Part shown: in pieces, positions 28,158 through 39,240 of the stretch
Position numbering within the stretch: position 1 is the first letter of the stretch
Layout: every line of letters begins with the position of its first letter
DNA from: Octopus sinensis
Taxonomy: Eukaryota
Reading direction: 5' to 3'
Assembly: GCF_006345805.1 (NCBI RefSeq)
Contig: NC_043012.1
Span: 41,788,001 to 41,852,000, forward strand
DNA length: 64,000 nucleotides
Made by a program: the position numbers and the translations under genes
Notes under the pieces: generated by a model
The model's database searches: none
What the model was told of the DNA's origin: nothing
What the model saw: only the letters and a program-made list of their open reading frames with translations

Positions 28158-30336
28158 GAGAGGCATTTCTGAATGACCAGTCATGATTTTGTGTCAGACC
28201 ATAAGTTTGTGAATTTCACCGTTTTTTTGCACAATTAAAGACGTTGTTTTCTTTGTGGAACTAACCAGGTGCAGGTTACAGAAGTTATTATATCGAATCG
28301 GCCCCTACAGGGAGCAATTCTTTAAGAAAACCAATTTTGCTTTTAAAAACCTATTTAAAATTTTCAAATTGGTCTGTGCGACGACACAGTAGAGAGCATG
28401 ACGAAAAGGAAAGGAAAAAATAAAAAGAATTATATAGAAATGGGAAAATAATAATCCTTCTTTGCCTTCACTGGAGAAGACATTTCAATTTGCAAACAAC
28501 AATAATAATAGAAAATCGGATGAGAACCTATCTGGCACTGATCTCGGCAGCGATCGTTAAATCCGCGGCTCTATTTGCCACAAAACGTCCCAATTTCATC
28601 TACAGAACTACAGCCAATGCGCATGTGCTGTCAAGCTCACTGTTTTACTCTCACACAGTGTGCGATTAAAATCCTTCACGTCAACCAATCAAATTTCTTT
28701 TTCTCAATATCTCTTTCCCCCTTCATTACCGTCCTTAGTCAAATTTACAGGTTTGCTCGTCTCCAATTCTTATCAATTCTTTTGGCCGGGTCTCACGAAG
28801 TTTGGGATCCGAACAATCTTGTCGTATCACGTGTTAATGACCATTGTCGCTTGGAATTCCTAAGCCAGAAGGGATTTTGGATATTTCCAGTAGTATTATG
28901 GCAGCCAATTATTGAAAGTAGGTCGATAGAATAAGTGGCAGACATAATAGACAAATAAGTACTGGGATTGATTTGATCGACGAAAGCAATTCAAAGCTGA
29001 GACCCAGCATCTTCAGACGCCATTGGCCGAAACAAGTAAAAAAGAATATACGTACATTCATGCAAACATACATACAAGCATACATGCATGCATACATACA
29101 TACATACACGGCCACACGTACACACACACATATACATGCGCACACACACATATACACAACGATAGACATACATAGATACATCTACTGCATATATATGTGT
29201 ATATATATATGTGTGTGTGTATGTTTGTGTGTGTTCTAAGCCTATGCATGCCTGTGTGTATGTATTTATTGATTAAAGAGTTTCAATAAAGAGGAATGGC
29301 ATAACAAAGTGAATCATACCAGTTTAATAATTTAGCGATATGCAATCAACAAGTAAATAATTCAGGGCATTCGCTGGTGTTTGCTGATTCGCAAGTCCAA
29401 AAGTTTCCGAATTTGAAAGGAACTTTACCAAGGTGAAAATTACGAAAACAGAAAGAAAAGAAAATTAAGTGATTGCATTGTAACATCGCACAGGCAGTTG
29501 TATGAATGTATGTATATCCATATATACACATATACACACAAATGTGTATGCTCGTATATATATATATGTGTGTGCATATATATACATATACACACATATG
29601 TGTATGCACGTATATATATATATGCATATATACACATATACACACATATGTGTATGTGTGTATGTGTATGTATATATATATATATATATGCATATATACA
29701 CATATACACACATATGTATATGCATGTATATGCATATATACACATATACACACATATGTGTATGCATGTATATGTATGTATATATGAGTATATATGTCTG
29801 TGTATATTTATGTATATATTCATACCATAAAGAGTGCAGTAAGAATACACAGACAGTAAAGTACACCACTCCTAACCCCTCTACTCCTTCCACCACTTCA
29901 CACTGTTTCGTCTAAGACCACCACCACCCACCACTCCAAAATACGAGGGAATTGATGATGTCACATGGCAAAAACTTTTTTTGTTTTGCTTCTCGTATAT
30001 TGTTTTTTGTTATTGCATTTCCACATAGGTTGCCACGGCAACGACTGTGAAATGATTCGCTTTACTAACGAACGGTATAATTGTGTTCACCTGGTACGCT
30101 TTGTTGAAACAGGTATTAGTAAATGAGAGTGGGACGAACGGGTAGGGAACGGGTATGGAGTTGATGGCAGAAGGGTGATGGTGTCGTACTGGTGGAGTGG
30201 AGACCACAATAGATTGAGAAGTAGCTTCACCTAATAAATGAACCTCGCTGGAAAAAGAAAGATTCATCAGATGATATGTATGTCCTACACGCACATACTC
30301 ACGTGCATACATGTTTATATATATGTATATATACAT

Positions 30337-30405
<69 letters not shown>

Positions 30406-30685
30406 CAACAATTGAGGGTAAAATTAATTAATTAATCAATTTCACAAGTATTCAGTATGCAAAGGGACCATTTAAGGCGAATTCAAATTATTACATTATA
30501 TAAAAGGGCTTAGTAAAATAAATTACTTTGCCGCATACTGAACTCATTAGAAATAGCAGCTAAAAAAAACTTTTTTAAAACTATTTCTAATACTTAAAGA
30601 AAACCTCTCTCATATAGTGTTTGCTCAATTCAACTCACGAAAATATGGGGGTAGAGACATTAAAAAATCAAGTGCAAAGGTTATT

Positions 30686-30738
30686 TGAGAACGTACGTTT
30701 CAAGATTAGTCAAACTCGACATTTCTATCATCAGCTCA
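30686..30738 (-). ncRNA. Type-I hammerhead ribozyme motif
   Basis: Reverse complement of 31374-31426. Confidence 0.75.
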
Positions 30739-31373
30739 GAACTCCCTGGTTTGGATTTGAAAACACTGAAAGTGGGAGCATACCCTTTCGGCTTCTTATC
30801 GCTTCTGAAGATCTGCTCGTAACTAACAGTGCCAACAAACTCAAAAATGCAAGCGAAGAATTTCTGCTCTCCCCTTTCCACCAGCGTGGGTTAAAATCAG
30901 CAAACACTATGCTTTTTTCGGTAAAATCCGAGGTATTATATAGAGAGAGATGAATTATAATTTCAACAATTGAGGGTAAAAAAGTTTTTTTAGCTGCTAT
31001 TTCTAATGAGTTCAGTATGCGGCAGAGTAATTTATTTTACTAAGCCCTTTTATATAATGTAATAATTTGAATTCGCCTTAAATGGTCCCTTTGCATACTG
31101 AATACTTGGTGAAATTGATTAATTAATTAATTTTACCCTCAATTGTTGAAATTATAATTCATCTCTCTCTATATAATACCTCGGATTTTACCGAAAAAAG
31201 CATAGTGTTTGCTGATTTTAACCCACGCTGGTGGAAAGGGGAGAGCAGAAATTCTTCGCTTGCATTTTTGAGTTTGTTGGTACTGTTAGTTACGAGCAGA
31301 TCTTCAGAAGCGATAAGAAGCCGAAAGGGTATGCTCCCACTTTCAGTGTTTTCAAATCCAAACCAGGGAGTTC

Positions 31374-31426
31374 TGAGCTGATGATAGAAATGTCGAGTTT
31401 GACTAATCTTGAAACGTACGTTCTCA
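31374..31426 (+). ncRNA. Type-I hammerhead ribozyme motif (GUU site, predicted cut after 31422)
   Basis: TGAG-CTGATGA-T AGA..GTC(gagttt)GAC..TCT T-GAAA-CGTACG-TT-CTCA. Confidence 0.75.
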
Positions 31427-31614
31427 AATAACCTTTGCACTTGATTTTTTAATGTCTCTACCCCCATATTTTCGTGAGTTGAATTGAGCAAACACTATAT
31501 GAGAGAGGTTTTCTTTAAGTATTAGAAATAGTTTTAAAAAAGTTTTTTTAGCTGCTATTTCTAATGAGTTCAGTATGCGGCAAAGTAATTTATTTTACTA
31601 AGCCCTTTTATATA

Positions 31615-31649
<35 letters not shown>

Positions 31650-32574
31650 CGTATACGTAAATACTTACATGTATACGTATATACGTATGCATATGTGGGC
31701 ACAGGACGTCACAAAACATAAACAAAATATACGAAGTATGGGGACATGGAATAAGAACTTTTTTTGCAAGCGACGAAAGAAACAAATGGAAAAGAAGACA
31801 AAGAACACCAACAACGACCCTTCATCAGTTGTCGGCTGTTTTTCCTAACCCGTATTTCGAGCAATTCACGACAAGATACGCCTTCAACAGAACAGTTGCT
31901 CCCGCAAAGCAAATTAAATAAAATTTTGGATTTTGTGGAGGGTCAAGATTGGTGACAAAAACAGCACAGTGAAAACAAACAGGAAGGACTGCTAAGCCTA
32001 AACGAGGTTGTGGTGGCGAACGCGAAGAAACAAGCTTAGGTAGGAGACAGACAACAATACGTCTTCCTTGTCCAGCTGCAACAGGAAGAAAGAAACACAA
32101 GCTAGGAGAAGAAAGAAAAATGAACGATGGTCATGTGGGAGCCACGTGAACAAAGGAGGAAGAGTGAATGAGAGAGAATAACAGACAGAAAACTGTGAAG
32201 GGGAGAAGAAAATATTTGGAGATAGGATAAAAGAGAAAAAAGAGAGGGAGTAGGGGAGGTGAATGTTTATTTTAACGCCGAATAAAATAAGTTCGGAATA
32301 TTCACGCTAATTTGTTTGCCAAATGGTATAATAAACTATTCATTATTATTACTAGGTCTATTTTAATAGAAGTTATTGTTATTTATACTAGGGGTGTTCT
32401 TCTTACATGATTTGTCTGTATATTTATTCCTTTTTATCTTATATTCGCCATTTATTATATTGTTTTTTATGTATAGAACGGATCCGGCTGTCAACTGAAT
32501 TCACCTTGATGCGCCCCGCTACCTTCCTTTAACCGGGAAGGAAAGACTGTTTTTATATATCTGGTGACCATGGT

Positions 32575-32815
32575 GAAAGAGATTGTGTGATGGACGAGAT
32601 CGAAGGGGCTTTTCTGGTCAACTTGAAAAAGAAAATAAGGGTAGAGAGGGAAGTGTTATCTTCTAGCCAGTTTACTGAAAGGTGGATGAAAGTGGCGAGA
32701 ATGGTGAGAGTGAACGGGCCTGCCCTGAGCATTCGCCTGTAGTTGGAAAAATGGAGAGGAAAAAAGGTAACTGCCCCAAAAGTCAGGGTATCCACGTTTA
32801 TTTATGGAGTTTTTC
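32575..32815 (+). mobile_element. Tx1/L1-clade LINE 3' fragment
   Basis: LKKKIRVEREVLSSSQFTERWMKVARMV, homologous to the C-terminus at 63295. Confidence 0.7.
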
Positions 32816-32869
32816 CATGAGCAGCCCTCAAACGTCTCCTCCCCATTGAAGATAACACATTGTTGATTA

Positions 32870-33560
32870 AAAAATTATTTTAGTCCTGTTTACACTCAAA
32901 ACCCTCACAACAACACGCAAAACTCTCACAATAACACGCATTCTTTGTTTTGTCTTCTGCTGTCCATATTATTACCCTCGGAGTTTCAATTATTTTCTTT
33001 ATTAACCTCGTTAATCTATGTTCCTGTTTGTTAAATTTCAATGTTTCTTTATTTCCTGCCATATTAAGTGCTTGGTTATATTACTCTTCGTTTTTTTTAA
33101 ATACTTCTTCGTCCGCCGATAGGTACGAAATACGTGATGAGACATTTTTCTGTTATTTTCTGTTATATATCTAGGATGATTGCTGTTTCTATTTATATAT
33201 TTTGAGCAAGAGTTAAGTTTATGGTACAATTTATATTTACCTCCATCCACTAAGATCTAAATTGATATCGAGGAAATTAGCTGAATGACATTCATTTTCA
33301 ATAGATATTGATAGTCCTATATTTCTAAAGAATTTTGAATAGGCATTTCTTACACTTCTCAGTTTGGCTATTAGAGTAGTTATCCAGGGTGAAAAGTACA
33401 TCACCTTGTATAGACAACCTCCAAGCTCAGGAAATTCCCTACTTATTATAAACAGTATATTATATACCCACCAGATCGGTGACCCGTGCCTAGTCCGTTG
33501 ATCCTATAGTTATATCAAAGCAGTCAATAGTATCCTTGCTTACCCAGTACTTATTCTCAA
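32870..33560 (-). mobile_element. Penelope-like element (PLE) reverse transcriptase relic
   Basis: Broken minus-strand frames GSTD*ARVTDLVGI (cf. GSxDGAExxDLVG), LYKGD (YRDD relic), SISIE...ANFLDINLDL, YINRNSNHP, SRISYLSADEEVF. Confidence 0.7.
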
Positions 33561-33657
<97 letters not shown>

Positions 33658-33751
33658 AATGGATGAATGAATTATCCTTTGTTTACCGTTAGCATGGAAA
33701 ATTCAAAAAGGTAGAAACTCCGGTTAATGTGCAGTAATTTGTATATTATAA

Positions 33752-34493
33752 GTAAATAAATGGAGTTGAACGAAGATATTATTAAAATTCTTTTACTTTC
33801 GACATCAAAGGAATAAACGGTGTAAAGTGCAATCTTCTCATCAGGAAAGAAAAAGAGCCTGTCTCAACAACAAGACATTATAACAATTACGATGGCTACA
33901 TAAATGATAAACAGAAAGTTATTAAGTATTTAAAAAAACCGTTAGTAGATTCGACGTCAAAGGCAGATACTAGGAAGAGAATGGTTAAAGAAATAATAAG
34001 TAGAGAACAAATAAAGGGGGATACGCTGGTTGAAAAAATATTCAAAGTCTTAGAAGTAGATTTCTCTATTGAAGTAAAGTGCAAGTTAAACTAACTGTTC
34101 AAAATATAAAGACTGGCAAAATCACTTATATGAGCTAAATGTATGTTTCTCCCAGTATTTACATTTGTAAGATCGCTCTATAAGTGTGTTAACAAGGTGA
34201 TTCTTAGAGAAGAGAATATGGAAGAGTTCAGAGTTGCAAATGTTACAAAATCCCTTGTCCTCATCGTAAGAAAATATATGGACAGGATGAACCAATCTAA
34301 CTTAAAATCTTTATTGTTGTCTTTAAGATGCCAAATCAATCTACTTAGCCCTGTGCTATGGTGTTTACTGCTATCCCTAAATGATGAATAATGATTGGAA
34401 ATTCTCTTAGATTACTGGGAAGAGGATGCGCCAATGTAGAAGTATACATATGTCGAAAGTAAAAGAATTTTAATAACATCTTCGTTCAACTCC

Positions 34494-34500
<7 letters not shown>
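33752..34500. repeat. Inverted repeat pair (~50 bp) bracketing ~650 bp, next to (TA)n
   Basis: 33752-33803 taaataaatggagttgaacgaag...ttttactttcgacat versus 34449-34500. Confidence 0.8.
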
Positions 34501-34563
<63 letters not shown>

Positions 34564-34654
34564 TTCGGAGTCTGCGCAGTGATATGATTAGTTAGGGAGA
34601 GTAAATCATTAGACGCACATGCTTCTAGTGAGTTAGGATCCCAGAAAAACAGGG

Positions 34655-34726
34655 TCTCACTGAAGAATTCTCCCTGAGCAAATAAATTATCTTTATTGCT
34701 GAAAAGAAAGAAACTGCAGTCTGAGA
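34655..34726 (+). ncRNA. Type-I hammerhead ribozyme (GUC site, predicted cut after 34721)
   Basis: TCTCA-CTGAAGA-A TTCT...AGCAA.TAAA(ttatc)TTTA TTGCT...AGAA A-GAAA-CTGCAG-TC-TGAGA. Confidence 0.88.
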
Positions 34727-35050
34727 ATTACCGGTTTAGTAAATGTTTTTATCTTCATTTCACTTAATTTATCAAGCTTCTGTATTCCTAGCACATATTT
34801 CGCCTTAATGTACTGATATATGAAAAATATATGGCTTGTGTTAGTAATACCAGCGATTATAATTATTTTTATTTTATCGCAATTTGATTTGTTTACATAT
34901 TTCTCGATAAATTATGAGCGCCAGGCGATATACCAGAATTCCCTAGTGTTGTCGGGACGTTCGGAGTCTGCGCAGTGATATGATTAGTTAGGGAGAGTAA
35001 ATCATTAGACGCACATGCTTCTAGTGAGTTAGGATCCCAGAAAAACAGGG

Positions 35051-35122
35051 TCTCACTGAAGAATTCTCCCTGAGCAAATAAATTATCTTTATTGCTGAAA
35101 AGAAAGAAACTGCAGTCTGAGA
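35051..35122 (+). ncRNA. Type-I hammerhead ribozyme, second tandem copy (predicted cut after 35117)
   Basis: Identical to 34655-34726. Confidence 0.88.
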
Positions 35123-35285
35123 ATTACCGGTTTAGTAATGTTTTTATCTTCATTTCACTTAATTTATCAAGCTTCTGTATTCCTAGCACATATTTCGCCT
35201 TAATGTACTGATATATGAAAAATATATGGCTTGTGTTAGTAATACCAGCGATTATAATTATTTTTATTTTATCGCAATTTGATTT

Positions 35286-35322
<37 letters not shown>

Positions 35323-35489
35323 TAGTTATCGCCATACTAATATGGCAGTCTTATAAATATAAGACTAAAGCTGTCGCTGATTAGCTCCAAGAGGCCATCG
35401 CCCCTAGCTAGCTATATGACACACGAACCTGCGTCCATTACAACCTTCGAACAGGGGAGGTCAGCCGCTTCACCTTGCTAGTCAGACAT

Positions 35490-35530
35490 CTGCAGACATT
35501 TTTCAGGGTTGTTGCCCTTCATCAATGCAG
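35490..35530 (-). ncRNA. Minimal type-I hammerhead motif with two core substitutions
   Basis: CTGCA-TTGATGA-AGGG(caacaa)CCCT-GAAA-AATG-TC-TGCAG; C3U and C15.2A relative to consensus. Confidence 0.6.
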
Positions 35531-35771
35531 CGTAGTCAGACTCAGCAGGTGTCGCTACTGAAATCTTTATTATAGGCACTAAGGCCCGAATTAAGAGGGG
35601 ACATTACAAGACAGGACGTGGGGTACATAAATTAGAAAATCGAAAATTATGAATTGAAATGGATATTTATAATGGATTAGATGGAACGGCTTACGAGCCC
35701 CCCAAAACTCGCAGTTTCATTTAAAATACAATTTTACAATTTACAATTTTACAATTACATATATTACTCTG

Positions 35772-37846
35772 CTACGTCGGGCGCTCGTCTGTAATGTCTG
35801 GTTTTTCAGCTGTTATATACTCTATTAAGCTCTCCTGATCCACAATAGCTGGTAAGGTGTCATAACGTACATATAACCATTCAAATGCTTTACATTCAAA
35901 CATTTTGCACACTGTCTCTTTCTCCACGATTACCGCCTTCCACAGATCATCATATATTTCTGGGTTCAACTTTACTTTAATTAAACCTTTCTTACCTGCC
36001 AACATCTTTTCCGTATTTTTGTCCTTGTCGTATAACATTACCACTCTGTGTTTCTTTCCCTTGGGTCTTCCTCCTCTCTTACAAGCTTTCAACTGCTCTT
36101 CCATTCTTCTGTCCCATTCTTCCTCTGCTGTTGGTTTTACCGGCTCACTCACTTCTGCTTTTGTATCCTCTTCTCCCGTTCAGTTTTCCTTCCCGTCAGT
36201 AATCTTATTTTTCGCTTTTTTCTTCTTCTTTTTTTGTTCTTTAGGTGGTGATTCCACCCGCGTTCTTTTTCTATTTTCTCTCTCCAACTCTTCACCACTT
36301 TCCGCATTATCTGTAGTAACGATTTCTCCCTCCTCCACACACGCATCTTGCAACTCATTCGTTAAAGTCTCCAGTGCTATCGTTTTCTCCTGTACTTCTC
36401 TCAGCGGACACACATCCTTCATGTGGCCTCTTATTTTGCATTTGTGACACACTGGGGGTCACCCCTCCACCACGACTCTGAGACGTGTCTCGTCGGGGAA
36501 CACCAACTCCTCCGGGATGTTATACAGGTCAGGCATTGTAATGTGGACTAACGCCTGCACTGCATAACCCCACCACTTTATATCTTTTGAGTTTTCGATT
36601 TTCAACATTTCCACGTTTTCCTTGCAATTAAACACCACTGCTGCTAAAATCCTTTCCATATCTAGTTCGGGCGAAATCCCGCTTATTCTTATTCCGACCC
36701 GCAGTAGCTTGGTAAACACATCCATCTATCAGTTTTTAAAACTTTCGTTGCGCTCTTCCTCGCCTCGTCCTCGCTCTCAAAGTGGACGACCACCGTTGCG
36801 AACCTTCTACCTCTGTTATAGTAGGTAGACCCTCCTTCCACTCCTTCAAGACAGCATTCAACTTCCTCCATCGGTGCCACTTCCATTCTCTTCGCAGTCA
36901 CGCTCCATGTTTTGTACGTTACAATCCGTTTCTCCGCCTCTTCCGCTTCTTCTTCGGGTGGTGCGACCTTCACGTAGTCACCCTCCCTCTTCAAGCTGTC
37001 GCAATACTTGTTCAAAGTCTCCCTCTCGACGATGACTTCTTCCAACTGCAATTCGTTCGCAACCAGTTTACACATTTTTCATCCGCCATTTGCAATATCT
37101 CTGTCCGAGCTTCCAATGTTCTCGTCGGACACACATCTTTCATGTGACCTCTAATTTTACACTTGTAGCACACTGGTGGTCTCCCCTCCACCACGACTCT
37201 GAGTCGAGTCTCGTCGGGGAACACCAACTCCTCTGGGGTGTTATACAGGTCTGGTATGGTTATATGAACCAAAGCCTGCACCGTATAACCCCACCACTGT
37301 ACATCTTTCGATTTTTCTACTTTCAATATTTCAACGCTTTCTTTGCAGTTGAATACCACTGCCGCTAAAATTCTTTCCATGTTCAGCTCCGGCGAAATCT
37401 TACTGATTCGTATTCTTACTGCCCTTTTCCCACGATAACTTGGTAATAACATCCATTTTTCTGTTTTCAGTAATTGCGTGGCGTTCTTCTTCGCTTCGTC
37501 TTCGTTTTTAAAATGAACGACCACTGTTGCGTATTTTCTACCTCTATTATAGAAGGTAGGTTCTCCTTCAACTCCATTCAGACAGCGCTCAATTTCCTCT
37601 ATCGGTGCCACTTCTACTTTCTTTGAAGCCACGTTCCACATTCTGTATGTTATAATACGTTTCTCTGCGTCTTTCGCTTCTTCTTCAGGTGGTGTGATCC
37701 TCACACAGTCACCTTCTCTCTTCAAGCTGTCGAAATAATTCTTCAAAATCTCCTTCTCGACTGTAACTTCTTCCAACTGTAGTTCGCTCGCAGCCAGGCC
37801 CTTGCCTGCCGCTCCCGCATACGTTTGGGTTTGCATTTTTGAGAAA
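35772..37846 (-). pseudogene. Gag/ORF1-like nucleic-acid-binding protein with tandemly duplicated RRM-like + CCHC module, disrupted in the second half
   Basis: CYKCKIRGHMKDVC and CHKCKIRGHMKDVC (CX2CX4HX4C), each preceded by RISxISPEL...RLRVVVEG. Two frameshifts (~37075, ~36700) and two in-frame TGA (36459, 36180). Confidence 0.8.
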
Positions 37847-38270
37847 AAAATTCCCAACGCCGCAACCGCTTCCACCAACGAATTCGATCTCACAACCGCA
37901 ACTCAACAATAACGCTTTATTTACCTAGGAGATTACGGCAGCGTTACTGGATATTAATAGTTATCGCCATACTAATATGGCAGTCTTATAAATATAAGAC
38001 TAAAGCTGTCGCTGATTAGCTCCAAGAGGCCATCGCCTCTAGCTAGCTATATGACACACGAACCTGCGTTCATTACAACCTTCGAACAGTTGTAATGGAC
38101 GCAGGTTCGTGTGTCATATAGCTAGCTAGAGGCGATGGCCTCTTGGAGCTAATCAGCGACAGCTTTAGTCTTATATTTATAAGACTGCCATATTAGTATG
38201 GCGATAACTATTAATATCCAGTAACGCTGCCGTAATCTCCTTTAGAGAGACTTAGTAATTTTAATATTTC

Positions 38271-38306
<36 letters not shown>

Positions 38307-38552
38307 CAGGAAAGAAACGGAGCAATTAACGTTGAGAAATTGATCATTGGTATTAAAAAGTCATTGTTTAATTGTTTAATTGTAGTTCAGAAACATTTTC
38401 AGCTGTTTCTGTTTATCAAACCAAGTTAAATTTGCATTTATACCTTATAGCTAGGGTTATACATAGTAAAGTAATACACCGGTAGTGTCTTAGGATACAT
38501 TTATCCCTTTGATGGTTGAATAACCTCTAACTCATAATTTGCTTTATATATA

Positions 38553-38679
<127 letters not shown>

Positions 38680-38750
38680 GTGTGTGTGTGTGTATGTATA
38701 TATATGTATGCATGTATAAATATGTGTGTGTACGTACATCTGTCTATTTA

Positions 38751-38818
<68 letters not shown>

Positions 38819-38861
38819 GATCGGCTTCTTTCTCTGTTTCTGCCTAACAAATCTACTCACA

Positions 38862-39004
38862 GGGCTTTGCTTATATCGGGGGATATAGTAGAAGACAAGG
38901 TGGCTTACAGTGAGACCGAACCCGGAATCATGTGTCTGGGAAGCAAACTTCTTACCATGGGAGACAAACATAAAACATTACTCACTCACACACACACACA
39001 CACA

Positions 39005-39091
<87 letters not shown>

Positions 39092-39240
39092 ATATATATA
39101 TGGCGTGCTTCATCAACCATTTTCACTGACAAGGCATTACTCGGTCTGAGGCTATTGTAAAACACACTTACCGAAGGTGTCACGCAGTGGGACCGAATCC
39201 GAATCTACGTGACCGGAAAGCGAACTTTTGAACTACACAA
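38862..39240 (-). mobile_element. Two decayed octopus-type SINE fragments around (CA)n
   Basis: gagaccgaacccggaatcatgtg...aagcaaacttcttacc and cacgcagtgggaccgaatcc. Confidence 0.65.

Larger units (their letters stand above)
30401..31615. repeat. 558-bp hammerhead-bearing unit present as a forward and an inverted, circularly permuted copy
   Basis: aatttcaacaattgagggtaaaa recurs at 30401 and 30959; 30981-31615 is the reverse complement, wrapping across the unit end. Identical 66-aa and near-identical 110-aa ORFs appear on opposite strands. Confidence 0.95.
34562..35290 (+). repeat. Tandem 396-bp unit (~1.85 copies) flanked by (TA)n
   Basis: cgttcggagtctgcgcag at 34562 and 34958; the only difference I found is a 1-nt indel. 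Confidence 0.97.
35316..38241 (-). mobile_element. ~2.9-kb element with direct terminal repeats, a 5' inverted repeat, an HHR relic and a Gag/ORF1-like gene; no RT
   Basis: ~139-bp direct repeat at 35316-35454 and 37951-38089; inverted copy at 38089-38241; ORF remnants at 35772-37893. Confidence 0.85.

Noticed and set aside
28990-29040. CTGAAGA hammerhead candidate
   Set aside because: No GAAA after stem II; it lies in a SINE tail.
30621-30953. 110-aa and 66-aa ORFs in the 558-bp unit as real proteins
   Set aside because: Non-ATG or weak starts, overlap with the ribozyme, no motif; duplication explains their recurrence.
31800-31910. Hammerhead in the 31.7/43.0-kb dispersed repeat
   Set aside because: CTGATGA has no partner stem II or GAAA; the second candidate (CTGTTGA...GAAA) lacks stems I and III.
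33790-33850. Functional hammerhead
   Set aside because: Core present but stem III collapsed (GAAAGTA) and stem I mismatched; kept only as a relic.
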